From assembly GCF_024223415.1 (NCBI RefSeq), contig NZ_CP100500.1: a DNA stretch of 64,000 nucleotides; one strand, written 5' to 3'. The position numbers were made by a program, and so were the translations under genes. This document shows, in pieces, positions 1-8,645 of the stretch; the first letter of the stretch is position 1, and every line of letters starts with the position of its first letter. The DNA is from Escherichia coli (lineage in GTDB: Bacteria > Pseudomonadota > Gammaproteobacteria > Enterobacterales > Enterobacteriaceae). Below the pieces are notes generated by a model, which saw only the letters and a program-made list of their open reading frames with translations, did not search any database and was not told where the DNA came from.

Positions 1-235
1 GACGACATCAGCCGCTCCCACAGCCAGCAACTGAGAGTAACGAATATAGCTGTTATCCCGAAGCCATATCAGCGTATCAATAAAATACCGGCACTTTTTC
101 TGATCGTGATCAACCTGGTCCGGGATATCGAAAAAACCAGAATAAATCAAAACCTGAGGAGCCGGATGCGTGTTCAGTAATCGGCAGAATATTTTGCCGG
201 TGAGTACATAAAAATCATCATTTAAGGAGTGCATC

Positions 236-451
236 ATGAATCCCCGATTAACGTTAACAGAACATCAGCGCCGTGCCGAAGCAGTGAACAATGTTCTGGA
301 AGATATTATCCGGTTACATCGCGGAGAACTGAGTGTCTGTCGTGCCACTGTTCATTTTCAGGAAATACAAAAGCAGTTTGATACTTCTGTTTTTGCAGAA
401 GGGATCACTTATGCCCTGGACCAGATAAGGTCAGAAAATCGCCCCGGATAA
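236..451 (+). CDS. hypothetical small protein (71 aa), prophage-associated
   Basis: ORF with AAGGAG Shine-Dalgarno just upstream of ATG; no recognisable motif; lies upstream of a phage-type Dam methylase. Confidence 0.4.
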   Translation: MNPRLTLTEHQRRAEAVNNVLEDIIRLHRGELSVCRATVHFQEIQKQFDTSVFAEGITYALDQIRSENRPG

Positions 452-643
452 TCCCTAAACCACATTAACAGAAATCACTTCATCCCTGCCGCATCATGAA
501 AGAACGACCAGCCCGGTGCTTCGGACCCACCAGGCTGGCCATCGTCCCACAGGAATGCGCTGTGAGCCGACCGGGGTTCAGTCAGTCTCGCGAGACCAGA
601 CTAGCCTGCCATATTTTTAATAATTGTAAAAGGCTTACAGATT

Positions 644-1408
644 ATGAAAATGCAGACATTACCCATCGTTCCATGGATTGGTGGCAAACGTCGCCTGGCA
701 AAACACATCCTGCCGCTGTTTCCGGCGCATGAATGTTACGTGGAGCCGTTCTGCGGCGCAGCAGCGCTCTATTTTCTTAAGACACCTGGTAAGCTCGAAG
801 TCATTAACGATATCAATGGTGAACTGGTAAATCTGTATCGGGTGGTAAAACATCATCTGGAAGAATTTGTCCGCCAGTTCAAATGGGCGCTGGTCAGCCG
901 GCAGATCTACAAATGGCTGCAGATCACCCCGACAGAAACACTGACGGATATCCAGCGTGCAGCACGGTTCTACTACCTCCAGAAGCAGGCGTTTGGCGGC
1001 AAGGTGGCAGAGCACAGCTTCGGCACCTCCACCACATCCCCGCCACGCTTCAACCTGCTGCGTATCGAGGAAGAACTGTCAGCGGCACACCTGCGGCTTT
1101 CCAGAACGGTGATAGAACACATGGACTGGCAACAGTGCATTGAGCGCTATGACCGTCCGCACACGCTGTTCTACTGTGACCCGCCGTATCTGGGTACAGA
1201 AGGCTATGGTGTGGATTTTCCTGAAGGGAACTACTCGCGGCTGGCAGAGCTGGCCCGGTGCATCAGAGGAAAGATGATAATTTCGGTGAACGACATCCCG
1301 CAGATGCGCGAGGTGTTCACTGGACTGAACATACAGACAGTGAACATCAACTACAGTCTGGCAGGCAAATCAACTCCACGCCGTGAGCTGGTGATCTGCA
1401 ATTTCTAA
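644..1408 (+). CDS. Dam-family (D12 class) N6-adenine DNA methyltransferase, orphan/phage type
   Basis: N-terminal WIGGK AdoMet-binding motif (PWIGGKRRL) and catalytic DPPY motif (YCDPPYLGTEGY); no adjacent nuclease partner. Confidence 0.85.
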   Translation: MKMQTLPIVPWIGGKRRLAKHILPLFPAHECYVEPFCGAAALYFLKTPGKLEVINDINGELVNLYRVVKHHLEEFVRQFKWALVSRQIYKWLQITPTETLTDIQRAARFYYLQKQAFGGKVAEHSFGTSTTSPPRFNLLRIEEELSAAHLRLSRTVIEHMDWQQCIERYDRPHTLFYCDPPYLGTEGYGVDFPEGNYSRLAELARCIRGKMIISVNDIPQMREVFTGLNIQTVNINYSLAGKSTPRRELVICNF

Positions 1409-1526
1409 AAGCCATAACCGGAAAGTACAGTGCTTTCCGGTAAGCCCGCCGATTTCTGCCATGCTACTGACGGCGTTTTCTGAAAGCATCCAGATCAACC
1501 ACCTGTCCTTTCTGTCCAGGTCAGAA

Positions 1527-1865
1527 TCAGCCTGCGAGTTTGCCTGGTTTGGGTTGAATGAAGACTTTGCCGACCTCAAGAATTGCCCTCCGTTGTTCGG
1601 GGCTCATCTCGTCGAATGCATCCATTAACTCTTTCTTTTCTTGTGACATATAAGGTGCAACAACAGGCTGACTCCGCACCCCAGTAACTACATACAAAAC
1701 ATCTACACCGATTTCTGATAGTGCAGATAACTGCACTGCAGTAGGAGAAGTGCGATCTTTTTCCCAATCAATAAAAGTTCTCTTTGCCACACCGATAGCA
1801 TCAGCCAACCCTTGCTGTGTAAGAGATAGACGCTCTCTTTCTTCTTTAATACGTAACCCGATCAT
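1527..1865 (-). CDS. XRE-family helix-turn-helix repressor (prophage repressor candidate)
   Basis: track ORF 1527..2018 trimmed to internal Met (MIGLRIKEERERLSLTQQGLADAIGV...); classic HTH pattern; divergent from the Ner-like gene. Confidence 0.65.
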   Translation of the reverse strand: MIGLRIKEERERLSLTQQGLADAIGVAKRTFIDWEKDRTSPTAVQLSALSEIGVDVLYVVTGVRSQPVVAPYMSQEKKELMDAFDEMSPEQRRAILEVGKVFIQPKPGKLAG

Positions 1866-1889
1866 GTGAGTTTTTCTGCACTCTTTAAG

Positions 1890-1918
1890 TTGACTGGTGA
1901 GATAATCTGCACCATAAT
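1890..1918 (+). promoter_or_regulatory. candidate sigma70 promoter for the Ner-like/early operon (TTGACT - 17 bp - CATAAT)
   Basis: -35 TTGACT and -10 CATAAT separated by 17 bp, about 45 bp upstream of the 1966 start codon; sequence-only prediction. Confidence 0.3.
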
Positions 1919-1965
1919 CTATCACACATAAGGCAAACATCATTGCATCAACAAAGGAGACAACG

Positions 1966-2154
1966 ATGACTGCAGAACAAGTCAAAGCTCTCTTCCGCCA
2001 GCGCGGGATCACTTTCACCCGCTGGGCAGAAGAAAACGGCTACAACCGCAATGAGGTATACCGCGTTCTCAATGGGCAGAGCAAAGCACGTTACGGTAAA
2101 TCCCATGAAATCGCCGTGAAACTGGGGCTGAAATCAACAGCTCAGGCAGCCTGA
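1966..2154 (+). CDS. ner: Ner-like (Ner/Nlp family) small DNA-binding protein
   Basis: 62 aa; length and HTH layout resemble phage Mu Ner (GITFTRWAEENGY...GKSHEIAVKLGL); divergent from repressor, upstream of transposase. Confidence 0.6.
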   Translation: MTAEQVKALFRQRGITFTRWAEENGYNRNEVYRVLNGQSKARYGKSHEIAVKLGLKSTAQAA

Positions 2155-2200
2155 ATATTTTGATTCTTTGTAAAAGGTTATCACATATCGCAAAAGAGGT

Positions 2201-2515
2201 ATGCAGATGAGTAAGACGAATGTTTCAAGCTCCGGCAGTCGCATCCTCCGGGTACTCAAAGCGCTGCGCGGTCATGCCCTGAACGGTATTTCCAATGGTG
2301 AACTGGCGGCAGCACTGCACGAGTCACCGGCAAACATCAACCGGGCACTCAACACCCTCATTGAAGAAGGACTGGCCCTGAAACTGGAAAACGGGCGTTT
2401 CGCACCGGGCATCCAGTTGCTGCAGATCGCCATGGCCCACAGTAACGAGATGGCACGTGCACAGGATCGCATTAACGAAATCAACCAACGTGTCATTTCA
2501 GGTAGTCGTTTGTAA
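2201..2515 (+). CDS. winged-helix (IclR N-terminal-like) DNA-binding protein, function unknown
   Basis: 104 aa; SRILRVLKAL...ISNGELAAAL...INRALNTLIEEGL pattern typical of a winged HTH. Confidence 0.45.
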   Translation: MQMSKTNVSSSGSRILRVLKALRGHALNGISNGELAAALHESPANINRALNTLIEEGLALKLENGRFAPGIQLLQIAMAHSNEMARAQDRINEINQRVISGSRL

Positions 2516-2525
2516 GGAGTAATCA

Positions 2526-3443
2526 ATGGGACGCACCAAATCACCGGTTAACACTGAACTGAACGCCGAGGTACCGCTGTCGGATGATCTCAACGTCAGC
2601 CTGAATGCCATGACACAGCATCGCATGGAGATCATGCAGCAGTTTGGTGATGGACTGCCTTATGAACGTGATCGCATCGTTCACGAAGCACGTTTTTATA
2701 TGGCGCAGAGTGCTGAATCTATGCTGGAAGCGGGTAAACGGCTGATCATCTTAAAAGAAAATGAGCCACACGGGGACTTTGTTGGAATTGTAGAAGAACA
2801 ACTTGGTTTGCACGTGCGCGCAGCACAACGAATGATGAAAGCATCTTTGAAATACCTTTCACCAAAACTAGAGCCAAAAGCGACAACGTTGTCGCTTTTG
2901 GGTAAGGCAAAATTATTTGAACTTGTTGCTGAAGACGATGAAGACCTTGCCGAACTGGCCGACGGCGGCACAGTTGCCGGCCTGACGCTTGATGATGTTG
3001 ATCGCATGTCAGTACGTGAACTTCGCCAGGCCCTGCGTGAAGCGCGCGAAACTAACGCAGCTCAGCAACAGGTGCTTGCCGGAAAGGACGAAAAAATCAA
3101 CGAACTGGCCACAAAACTGGAGAAGAAATCCCGTATTCAACCGCCTGAGCCTGATGAAGAGGTGAAGAAGCTGCGGGCGGAAGTGACCGCATTAGCGGTT
3201 GAGGCGGAATCTGCCATCGCCGTCCGGCTCTCCGGTGCCTTTGAAACCCTGTGTGAATACTGCAGTAAAAACATGATTGATACCCCCAGAGATTTCATGG
3301 CCGGTCTGGTCTGCCAGATTGAACGCAGTGTTCATGCATTGCGTGAGACGTTCGACCTTGATGCCGCACCATCGGGTAACGATGCCCCCGCCTGGCTGAC
3401 CGAACCGGAGCCTGAAATCAACCGACCGGAGGGCATGCAGTAA
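2526..3443 (+). CDS. hypothetical protein (305 aa), acidic and coiled-coil rich
   Basis: good RBS (AAGGAG) upstream; no catalytic motif recognised; sits between Ner-like gene and transposase. Confidence 0.45.
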   Translation: MGRTKSPVNTELNAEVPLSDDLNVSLNAMTQHRMEIMQQFGDGLPYERDRIVHEARFYMAQSAESMLEAGKRLIILKENEPHGDFVGIVEEQLGLHVRAAQRMMKASLKYLSPKLEPKATTLSLLGKAKLFELVAEDDEDLAELADGGTVAGLTLDDVDRMSVRELRQALREARETNAAQQQVLAGKDEKINELATKLEKKSRIQPPEPDEEVKKLRAEVTALAVEAESAIAVRLSGAFETLCEYCSKNMIDTPRDFMAGLVCQIERSVHALRETFDLDAAPSGNDAPAWLTEPEPEINRPEGMQ

Positions 3444-3760
3444 TGAACACGGATAACACACAAAATATCCTGATGGACAGCCCGGAAGCACTGGGGCACG
3501 CACTGTGTAATCTGCTGCCGGAGATGGTGCAGGGTTTCCGCGTGGTGACACCTTCCGGTGAAATCTGCGTACCCGCACAGGAGGCGCATCCGTTTGTACT
3601 GACGATGGAAGTGATGCTGATGCAGCAGATAAGACGTCTGCAGCATCAGTCAGCATTGCGCCCGGCAGTTGCGCCGCAACCGGTAAATAACGTGGTGAAA
3701 ACCTGCGATGGCGAAACACTGTACGACCTCGCCAGAAAAATTGCCGCCAGAATCGGATAA
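3443..3760 (+). CDS. hypothetical protein (105 aa)
   Basis: start overlaps upstream stop (ATGA-type coupling); no motif recognised. Confidence 0.35.
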   Translation: MNTDNTQNILMDSPEALGHALCNLLPEMVQGFRVVTPSGEICVPAQEAHPFVLTMEVMLMQQIRRLQHQSALRPAVAPQPVNNVVKTCDGETLYDLARKIAARIG

Positions 3761-3775
3761 CAGGGAAGACAAGCT

Positions 3776-5545
3776 ATGACCCCGGCACTGACTGAAAAAC
3801 TTGTTGAAACAGCCCGCGCGGCACGTAATGCAGGGCATGGTAAACGCGGTGCAATATACGACGCTGCCTGTGCTGAACTTGGCATGTCCCGCGCCACTCT
3901 GCTGCGCAGGCTGAAGGAGGTCTCTGTGACTGATAAACGCAAAAAACGCGCCGATGCCGGACGCAGCACCCTGACCCGCGACGAAGCCGCGCTGATATCT
4001 GCCACACTACGTGAGGCCACCCGCAAGAACGGTAAGCGTCTCTATTCCATCGCGGATGCAGTGGAAACCCTGCGGGCTAACGGCTTTATCTCCGCAGGCA
4101 GAACAGATGAAACCACCGGTGAGTTTTTCCCGTTGTCCGAAGATGCCATCAGTCGTGCCCTGCGTAACTATGGCCTGCACCCGGAACAACTGGATGCCCC
4201 TGCACCGCATACCGAAGTGGCCAGTCTGCACCCCAATCATGTCTGGCAGATTGACGCCTCACTCTGCACGCTTTACTACCTGAGCAATGGACATAAAGGG
4301 CTGCAGGTGATGGACAGCGCGAAATTCTACAAGAACAAGCCCGCTAACCTTGCCCGTATCGCCAGTGACCGCGTGTGGAGTTACGAGATTACCGACCATG
4401 CCAGCGGCTGGATTTACGTTGAGTATGTGACGGGTGCGGAATCCGGTGAGAACCTGTGTTCTGTGCTTATCAACGCCATGCAGGAGCGTGGCGGCGCAGA
4501 CGTGCTGCACGGCGTGCCAAAAATACTCTATCTCGACCCCGGCTCGGCAAACACCGCGGGTATGACGAAAAACATGTGCCGCTCACTGGGCATCGACCTG
4601 ATAGCGCACAAGCCGCATAACGCCCGCGCCACCGGACAGGTGGAAAAGGCGCGTGACATTATCGAACGCAAGCTGGAGCCGGGTCTGAAGTTCCGGCCGG
4701 TTCACAGTCTGGAAGAACTCAACGCGCTGGCCGCGAAATGGCGCAGCCACTTTAACGCCACGGCTGTTCACAGCCGCCACGGTAAAACCCGCACGGATAT
4801 CTGGCTGAAGATTACTGCTGAGCAGCTGAAAAAAGCGCCTTCCGTTGAGGTATGTCGTGAACTGGCTGTGGCGGCACCAGAACTCCGCAAAGTCACGCCA
4901 AAACTTCGTGTCTCGTTCCGGGGCACTGAATTTGACGTATCAACGGTACCGGGCGTACTGGTCGGTGAAAAACTGATGATTACCCGTAACCCGTGGCGCA
5001 GCGATGTGGCACAGGTGGTTCTGACCGGTGAGGACGGCCACGAGACGTTCTTCCTGGTCGAAGAGGTCAGAAAGAACGAGTTTGGCTTTGCTGAAGGCGC
5101 GGCGGTATTTGGCGAAAGTTACAAAGCCCTGCCGGAAACCCCGGCGCAGATGGCGGCAAAAGAAACCGAAGCGCTGGTCACCGGTACAGACAACGCCGCA
5201 GATGCAGCTGCCGCACGCAAGGCGAAGGCGCTGCCGTTCGGCGGGCGGCTTGACCCGTATAAACATATTGATGACGCCACACTTCCGGCCTGTATACCGA
5301 AGCGTGGTCAGGCCTCTGACGTACGCGGACCGCGCACTGAACAGCGTCCCATGACTCATGTGGAGGCCGCGAAAGCCCTGCGCGGGAAGTTTAGCGCAAA
5401 CGGCCTGACCTGGACGCCGGAACATTACCGCCAGTTAACGGCACAGTACCCGGACGGCGTACCGGAAGCCGCACTGGATGAAGTCATGGCCACGCTGACC
5501 ACGCCGGCCCGCAGCAGCGTTATCAGCATTGTTAACGGCAACTGA
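3776..5545 (+). CDS. Mu-like DDE transposase (MuA-type, integrase catalytic core)
   Basis: 589 aa; N-terminal HTH region, central rve-like core (HVWQIDAS...), immediately followed by an AAA+ B-like gene as in transposable phages. Confidence 0.85.
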   Translation: MTPALTEKLVETARAARNAGHGKRGAIYDAACAELGMSRATLLRRLKEVSVTDKRKKRADAGRSTLTRDEAALISATLREATRKNGKRLYSIADAVETLRANGFISAGRTDETTGEFFPLSEDAISRALRNYGLHPEQLDAPAPHTEVASLHPNHVWQIDASLCTLYYLSNGHKGLQVMDSAKFYKNKPANLARIASDRVWSYEITDHASGWIYVEYVTGAESGENLCSVLINAMQERGGADVLHGVPKILYLDPGSANTAGMTKNMCRSLGIDLIAHKPHNARATGQVEKARDIIERKLEPGLKFRPVHSLEELNALAAKWRSHFNATAVHSRHGKTRTDIWLKITAEQLKKAPSVEVCRELAVAAPELRKVTPKLRVSFRGTEFDVSTVPGVLVGEKLMITRNPWRSDVAQVVLTGEDGHETFFLVEEVRKNEFGFAEGAAVFGESYKALPETPAQMAAKETEALVTGTDNAADAAAARKAKALPFGGRLDPYKHIDDATLPACIPKRGQASDVRGPRTEQRPMTHVEAAKALRGKFSANGLTWTPEHYRQLTAQYPDGVPEAALDEVMATLTTPARSSVISIVNGN

Positions 5546-5555
5546 GGAGGGAAAC

Positions 5556-6722
5556 ATGCTGGTACTGAAGCAGCAACTGAAAGAGGCCCGTATTCCACAG
5601 GCGGTGGCGGCGAGAGCTGTCGATGTTTCTGAGGCCACGCTGGCCCAGATTGTGAATCATAACGCGTGGCCCCGCACCAGCCCCGGAGAAGTGCGCCGGC
5701 GTCTTGCGTCCTGGCTGGAAAGTCAGGGGATTGATACAACGAAGAGTTTTGATGCTGTACAGGGCGCGGCCACGCCCCGTACAGCGAGTACCACAGATAA
5801 AACGAGCCTCAGTGAGGAAGAGAATATGTTACTCAAAAAACAGGTGTTATTTCCAGCAACCAAAAAAGCGTTTGGTCTTTTCCGTGACCCGTTCGCCGAC
5901 GAAGCCATGCAGGGTTCTGATGATGTGTTCACCACCCCGGACATTCGCTACGTGCGTGAGGCGCTGTACCAGACAGCCCGTCATGGTGGGTTTATGGCCG
6001 TCATCGGTGAGTCCGGTGCGGGTAAATCCACGCTGCGCCGCGACCTGACTGAACGTATTAACCGCGAGAATGCGCCGGTAATTGTTATCGAGCCATACAT
6101 CATTGCCATGGAAGACAACGATGTGAAAGGGAAAACCCTGAAGGCTGCAGCGATTGCCGAAGCCATTATCAGTACCATCGCACCACTGGAAAGCATCAGA
6201 CGCAGTCAGGACGCCCGCTTTCGCCAGTTGCATCGCGTCCTGAAAGGCAGCAGCCAGGCGGGGTTCAGCCACGTTCTGGTGATTGAGGAGGCCCACAGTC
6301 TGCCCATTCCGACACTGAAACACCTCAAACGCTTTTTTGAGCTGGAGTCCGGTTTCAAAAAACTGCTGTCCATCGTGCTGATTGGCCAGCCGGAACTGGC
6401 GACAAAACTGTCTGAACGCAATATGGAAGTCCGTGAAGTCGTTCAGCGCTGTGAGGTGGTCGAACTTCTGCCTCTGGACAATAACCTTGAAGAATTTCTG
6501 ACGTTCAAACTGCAACGGGCCGGTAAACAACTGACGGACATTATGGACGCCAGCGCAGTGGATGCCATACGTGCCCGCCTGAGCAATCCGGGAAGTCATC
6601 GTAAAAATATGGTCAGCCTGCTGTATCCGCTGGCCGTCAGTAACCTGGTAATAGCCGCCATGAATCTGGCCGCTGAAATCGGGGTTCCACAGGTCAACGC
6701 TGACGTTGTCAAAGGAGTTTAA
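5556..6722 (+). CDS. MuB-like AAA+ ATPase (transposition target-DNA activator)
   Basis: Walker A GESGAGKST, Walker B-like VLVIEEAH, N-terminal HTH; start set at ATG 5556 with GAGGAGG RBS (track ORF begins 5529). Confidence 0.8.
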   Translation: MLVLKQQLKEARIPQAVAARAVDVSEATLAQIVNHNAWPRTSPGEVRRRLASWLESQGIDTTKSFDAVQGAATPRTASTTDKTSLSEEENMLLKKQVLFPATKKAFGLFRDPFADEAMQGSDDVFTTPDIRYVREALYQTARHGGFMAVIGESGAGKSTLRRDLTERINRENAPVIVIEPYIIAMEDNDVKGKTLKAAAIAEAIISTIAPLESIRRSQDARFRQLHRVLKGSSQAGFSHVLVIEEAHSLPIPTLKHLKRFFELESGFKKLLSIVLIGQPELATKLSERNMEVREVVQRCEVVELLPLDNNLEEFLTFKLQRAGKQLTDIMDASAVDAIRARLSNPGSHRKNMVSLLYPLAVSNLVIAAMNLAAEIGVPQVNADVVKGV

Positions 6723-6724
6723 TA

Positions 6725-6994
6725 ATGAAATCCACCACAGGTATCAACCAGCAAATCAGCAAAGTGCAGTCAGCCATTATGGCGCTTAAGGCGACGAACA
6801 CGGATGTACAAAGCATCACCATCAGGGGTAACAAACCTGTCATCCGCGTTTCCCGGAGTGCGCATTGCATGCGCATGCTTGAGCAGGGAAAGGCCTGTTA
6901 TCTGTATACCGGACATGACCACAGGGGATATTTCCGTCAGGGCGTTTTCGAACTGCACGGCTGTCGCGTCGTGTGGCCGGAATCTTTGTGGTAA
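6725..6994 (+). CDS. hypothetical early-region protein (89 aa)
   Basis: AAGGAG RBS; no motif recognised. Confidence 0.45.
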   Translation: MKSTTGINQQISKVQSAIMALKATNTDVQSITIRGNKPVIRVSRSAHCMRMLEQGKACYLYTGHDHRGYFRQGVFELHGCRVVWPESLW

Positions 6995-7021
6995 TCAGCA
7001 CAACCGGAGAAATCATAAAAT

Positions 7022-7552
7022 ATGGCAAAAAGTACAAAAGGGGCAAAACGTATCAAGGCCGCAGCGGCACTCTGGGTACCAGGGACACGCGAAGAGGTCA
7101 TTGAGGGAATCAGACTACTCGGTGACGCACAACGTGAACTGGTCAGGGCTGAAACAGAAATGAATGACGCCATTGGCGATATCACCGCACGTTATGCCCC
7201 GCTCACCGAGAGCCTGAAAAAACGCATGGCCGAACTGCAGTCCGGTATTCAGACATGGTGTGAGGCACACCGTGATGAACTGACCGGCAACGGGAAGGTG
7301 AAGTTCGCTAACCTCACCACCGGCGAGGTGCAGTGGCGAAACCGTCCGCCATCAGTCAGTATCCGTGGGGCGGATAATGTTATTGAATTACTGAGACGTC
7401 TGGGGCTTGAGCGCTTTATTCGTGTAAAAGAGGAAATAAATAAAGACGCTATCCTGAATGAAAAAGAGGCCGTGAAAAATATTCCCGGTATTTCCATTAA
7501 AAGCGACATTGAGGATTTTTCAATAATTCCTTTTGAGCAGGATGTGCAGTAA
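7022..7552 (+). CDS. gam: Gam-like host-nuclease inhibitor (Mu Gam family, DNA-end binding)
   Basis: 176 aa; closely resembles phage Mu Gam along its whole length as recalled (N-terminal KRIK..AAA, central ETEMND, C-terminal EDFSIIPFEQ). Confidence 0.85.
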   Translation: MAKSTKGAKRIKAAAALWVPGTREEVIEGIRLLGDAQRELVRAETEMNDAIGDITARYAPLTESLKKRMAELQSGIQTWCEAHRDELTGNGKVKFANLTTGEVQWRNRPPSVSIRGADNVIELLRRLGLERFIRVKEEINKDAILNEKEAVKNIPGISIKSDIEDFSIIPFEQDVQ

Positions 7553-7649
7553 ACACACCACGTTAATTATTTAATAAAAACATTTTCTTTTTTATTCCGG
7601 CGTCAGCGCCGCGGGCTTCTGCACGCCGGAAACAGAGGAGAATTAAATC

Positions 7650-7844
7650 ATGATATTTAAATGTATTCAGTGCGAGAGGGATATAACAGCCCTGCGTTTT
7701 CACAGCGCCATCGCCGTGATGTCCGGTAAATACCACATCCCTGCGGTACGCGTCACCCTGGTCTGTCCGTACTGCAGCCAGCATTTTTCGGCAGACGTGC
7801 CCGTCATGGAATTCTCCCGCCCTGACAGGGAGGACGCGCAATGA
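7650..7844 (+). CDS. small zinc-ribbon protein (two CxxC pairs)
   Basis: CIQC ... CPYC; GAGGAG RBS. Confidence 0.45.
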   Translation: MIFKCIQCERDITALRFHSAIAVMSGKYHIPAVRVTLVCPYCSQHFSADVPVMEFSRPDREDAQ

Positions 7845-8113
7845 TTACCCCACAGGAAGCACGACAGCGCACCCGAACCCTTGTTGAACACTATGTCAAC
7901 GAGTGTGAATGTCGCGACCTCACCGATGTGAAGCACGTCCTGACGGCGCTAATCAGCATGGCCACACAGGCCATTGTGGCAACCAACGGAAAGGCGGCTG
8001 CCCTGCAGGTACTGATGAACACACTCACCCACACGGCAGAGCATGAGGTGCCGTACCGGATGGAAACCACTGCAGAAGGCGGCCTGCACATCACCGTCAG
8101 CCGGAAGCACTGA
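7841..8113 (+). CDS. hypothetical protein (90 aa)
   Basis: start overlaps upstream stop (ATGA); no motif recognised. Confidence 0.4.
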   Translation: MITPQEARQRTRTLVEHYVNECECRDLTDVKHVLTALISMATQAIVATNGKAAALQVLMNTLTHTAEHEVPYRMETTAEGGLHITVSRKH

Positions 8114-8122
8114 GGGTGCGGC

Positions 8123-8419
8123 ATGACACGAAACACCGAACTCACCCGCACCGCCCTCTACCGTCTGGCCCTGCAGCGTTTCGGGCCGGATGCACAGGCC
8201 CTGAAACTGACAGAAGAGGCCGCTGAACTGGCGGCCAGTGCTGCCCGCAACCTGAACGGACAGGGCAGCGAAAGTGACCTCGCGGCAGAGCTGGCAGACG
8301 TGGAAATCATGACAGAGCAACTGCGCCTTCAGGGGATGGACCGGCTGATTGACTTCCACAAACAGAAAAAACTGGAACGTCTGGCTGCACGACTGGGCGT
8401 GATTTACACGAACGAGTAA
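8123..8419 (+). CDS. MazG-like nucleotide pyrophosphohydrolase candidate (all-alpha NTP-PPase fold)
   Basis: 98 aa; EExxE ... ExxD acidic motif pair (EEAAELAAS ... AAELADVEIMTEQL) at MazG-like spacing. Confidence 0.5.
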   Translation: MTRNTELTRTALYRLALQRFGPDAQALKLTEEAAELAASAARNLNGQGSESDLAAELADVEIMTEQLRLQGMDRLIDFHKQKKLERLAARLGVIYTNE

Positions 8420-8433
8420 CCGGGAGGCATTCA

Positions 8434-8556
8434 ATGGCTGACATACTCAGGGAAATCACCGCATGGACACTGATTCTTACTGGTCTGGCGACATGCCTCA
8501 GTGCGGGAGCAGCCCTGGCTGCCCTGCTGATGCACATAACAACACAGTGGTTATGA
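8434..8556 (+). CDS. small hydrophobic peptide (40 aa, one predicted TM helix)
   Basis: not in supplied track (<60 aa); GGGAGG RBS about 7 nt upstream of ATG; hand-counted coordinates. Confidence 0.3.
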   Translation: MADILREITAWTLILTGLATCLSAGAALAALLMHITTQWL

Positions 8557-8645
8557 GAAAAGCTTAAAGCAGCATACAGCCTGAAAGAGCTGTCCGACGC
8601 TGTCCGGGCATGGAAACGGCAGAAAAATACCGGAGATACAGAACA

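Noticed and set aside
1-180. Open reading frame on the plus strand running in from beyond the window start and ending at TAA 178..180
   Set aside because: Only 59 codons visible, no recognisable motif and no start within the window; cannot be supported as a gene without upstream sequence.
496-732. 78-aa plus-strand ORF overlapping the 5' end of the Dam methylase
   Set aside because: Overlaps the well-supported Dam ORF in another frame, has no RBS, and its composition looks like translated intergenic/overlap sequence.
1409-1530. Possible Mu-type left end (GCGTTTTC-like half-sites) between Dam and the repressor
   Set aside because: Only weak, non-repeated resemblance to transposase-binding half-sites and no clear 5'-TG terminus; not enough to call an element boundary.
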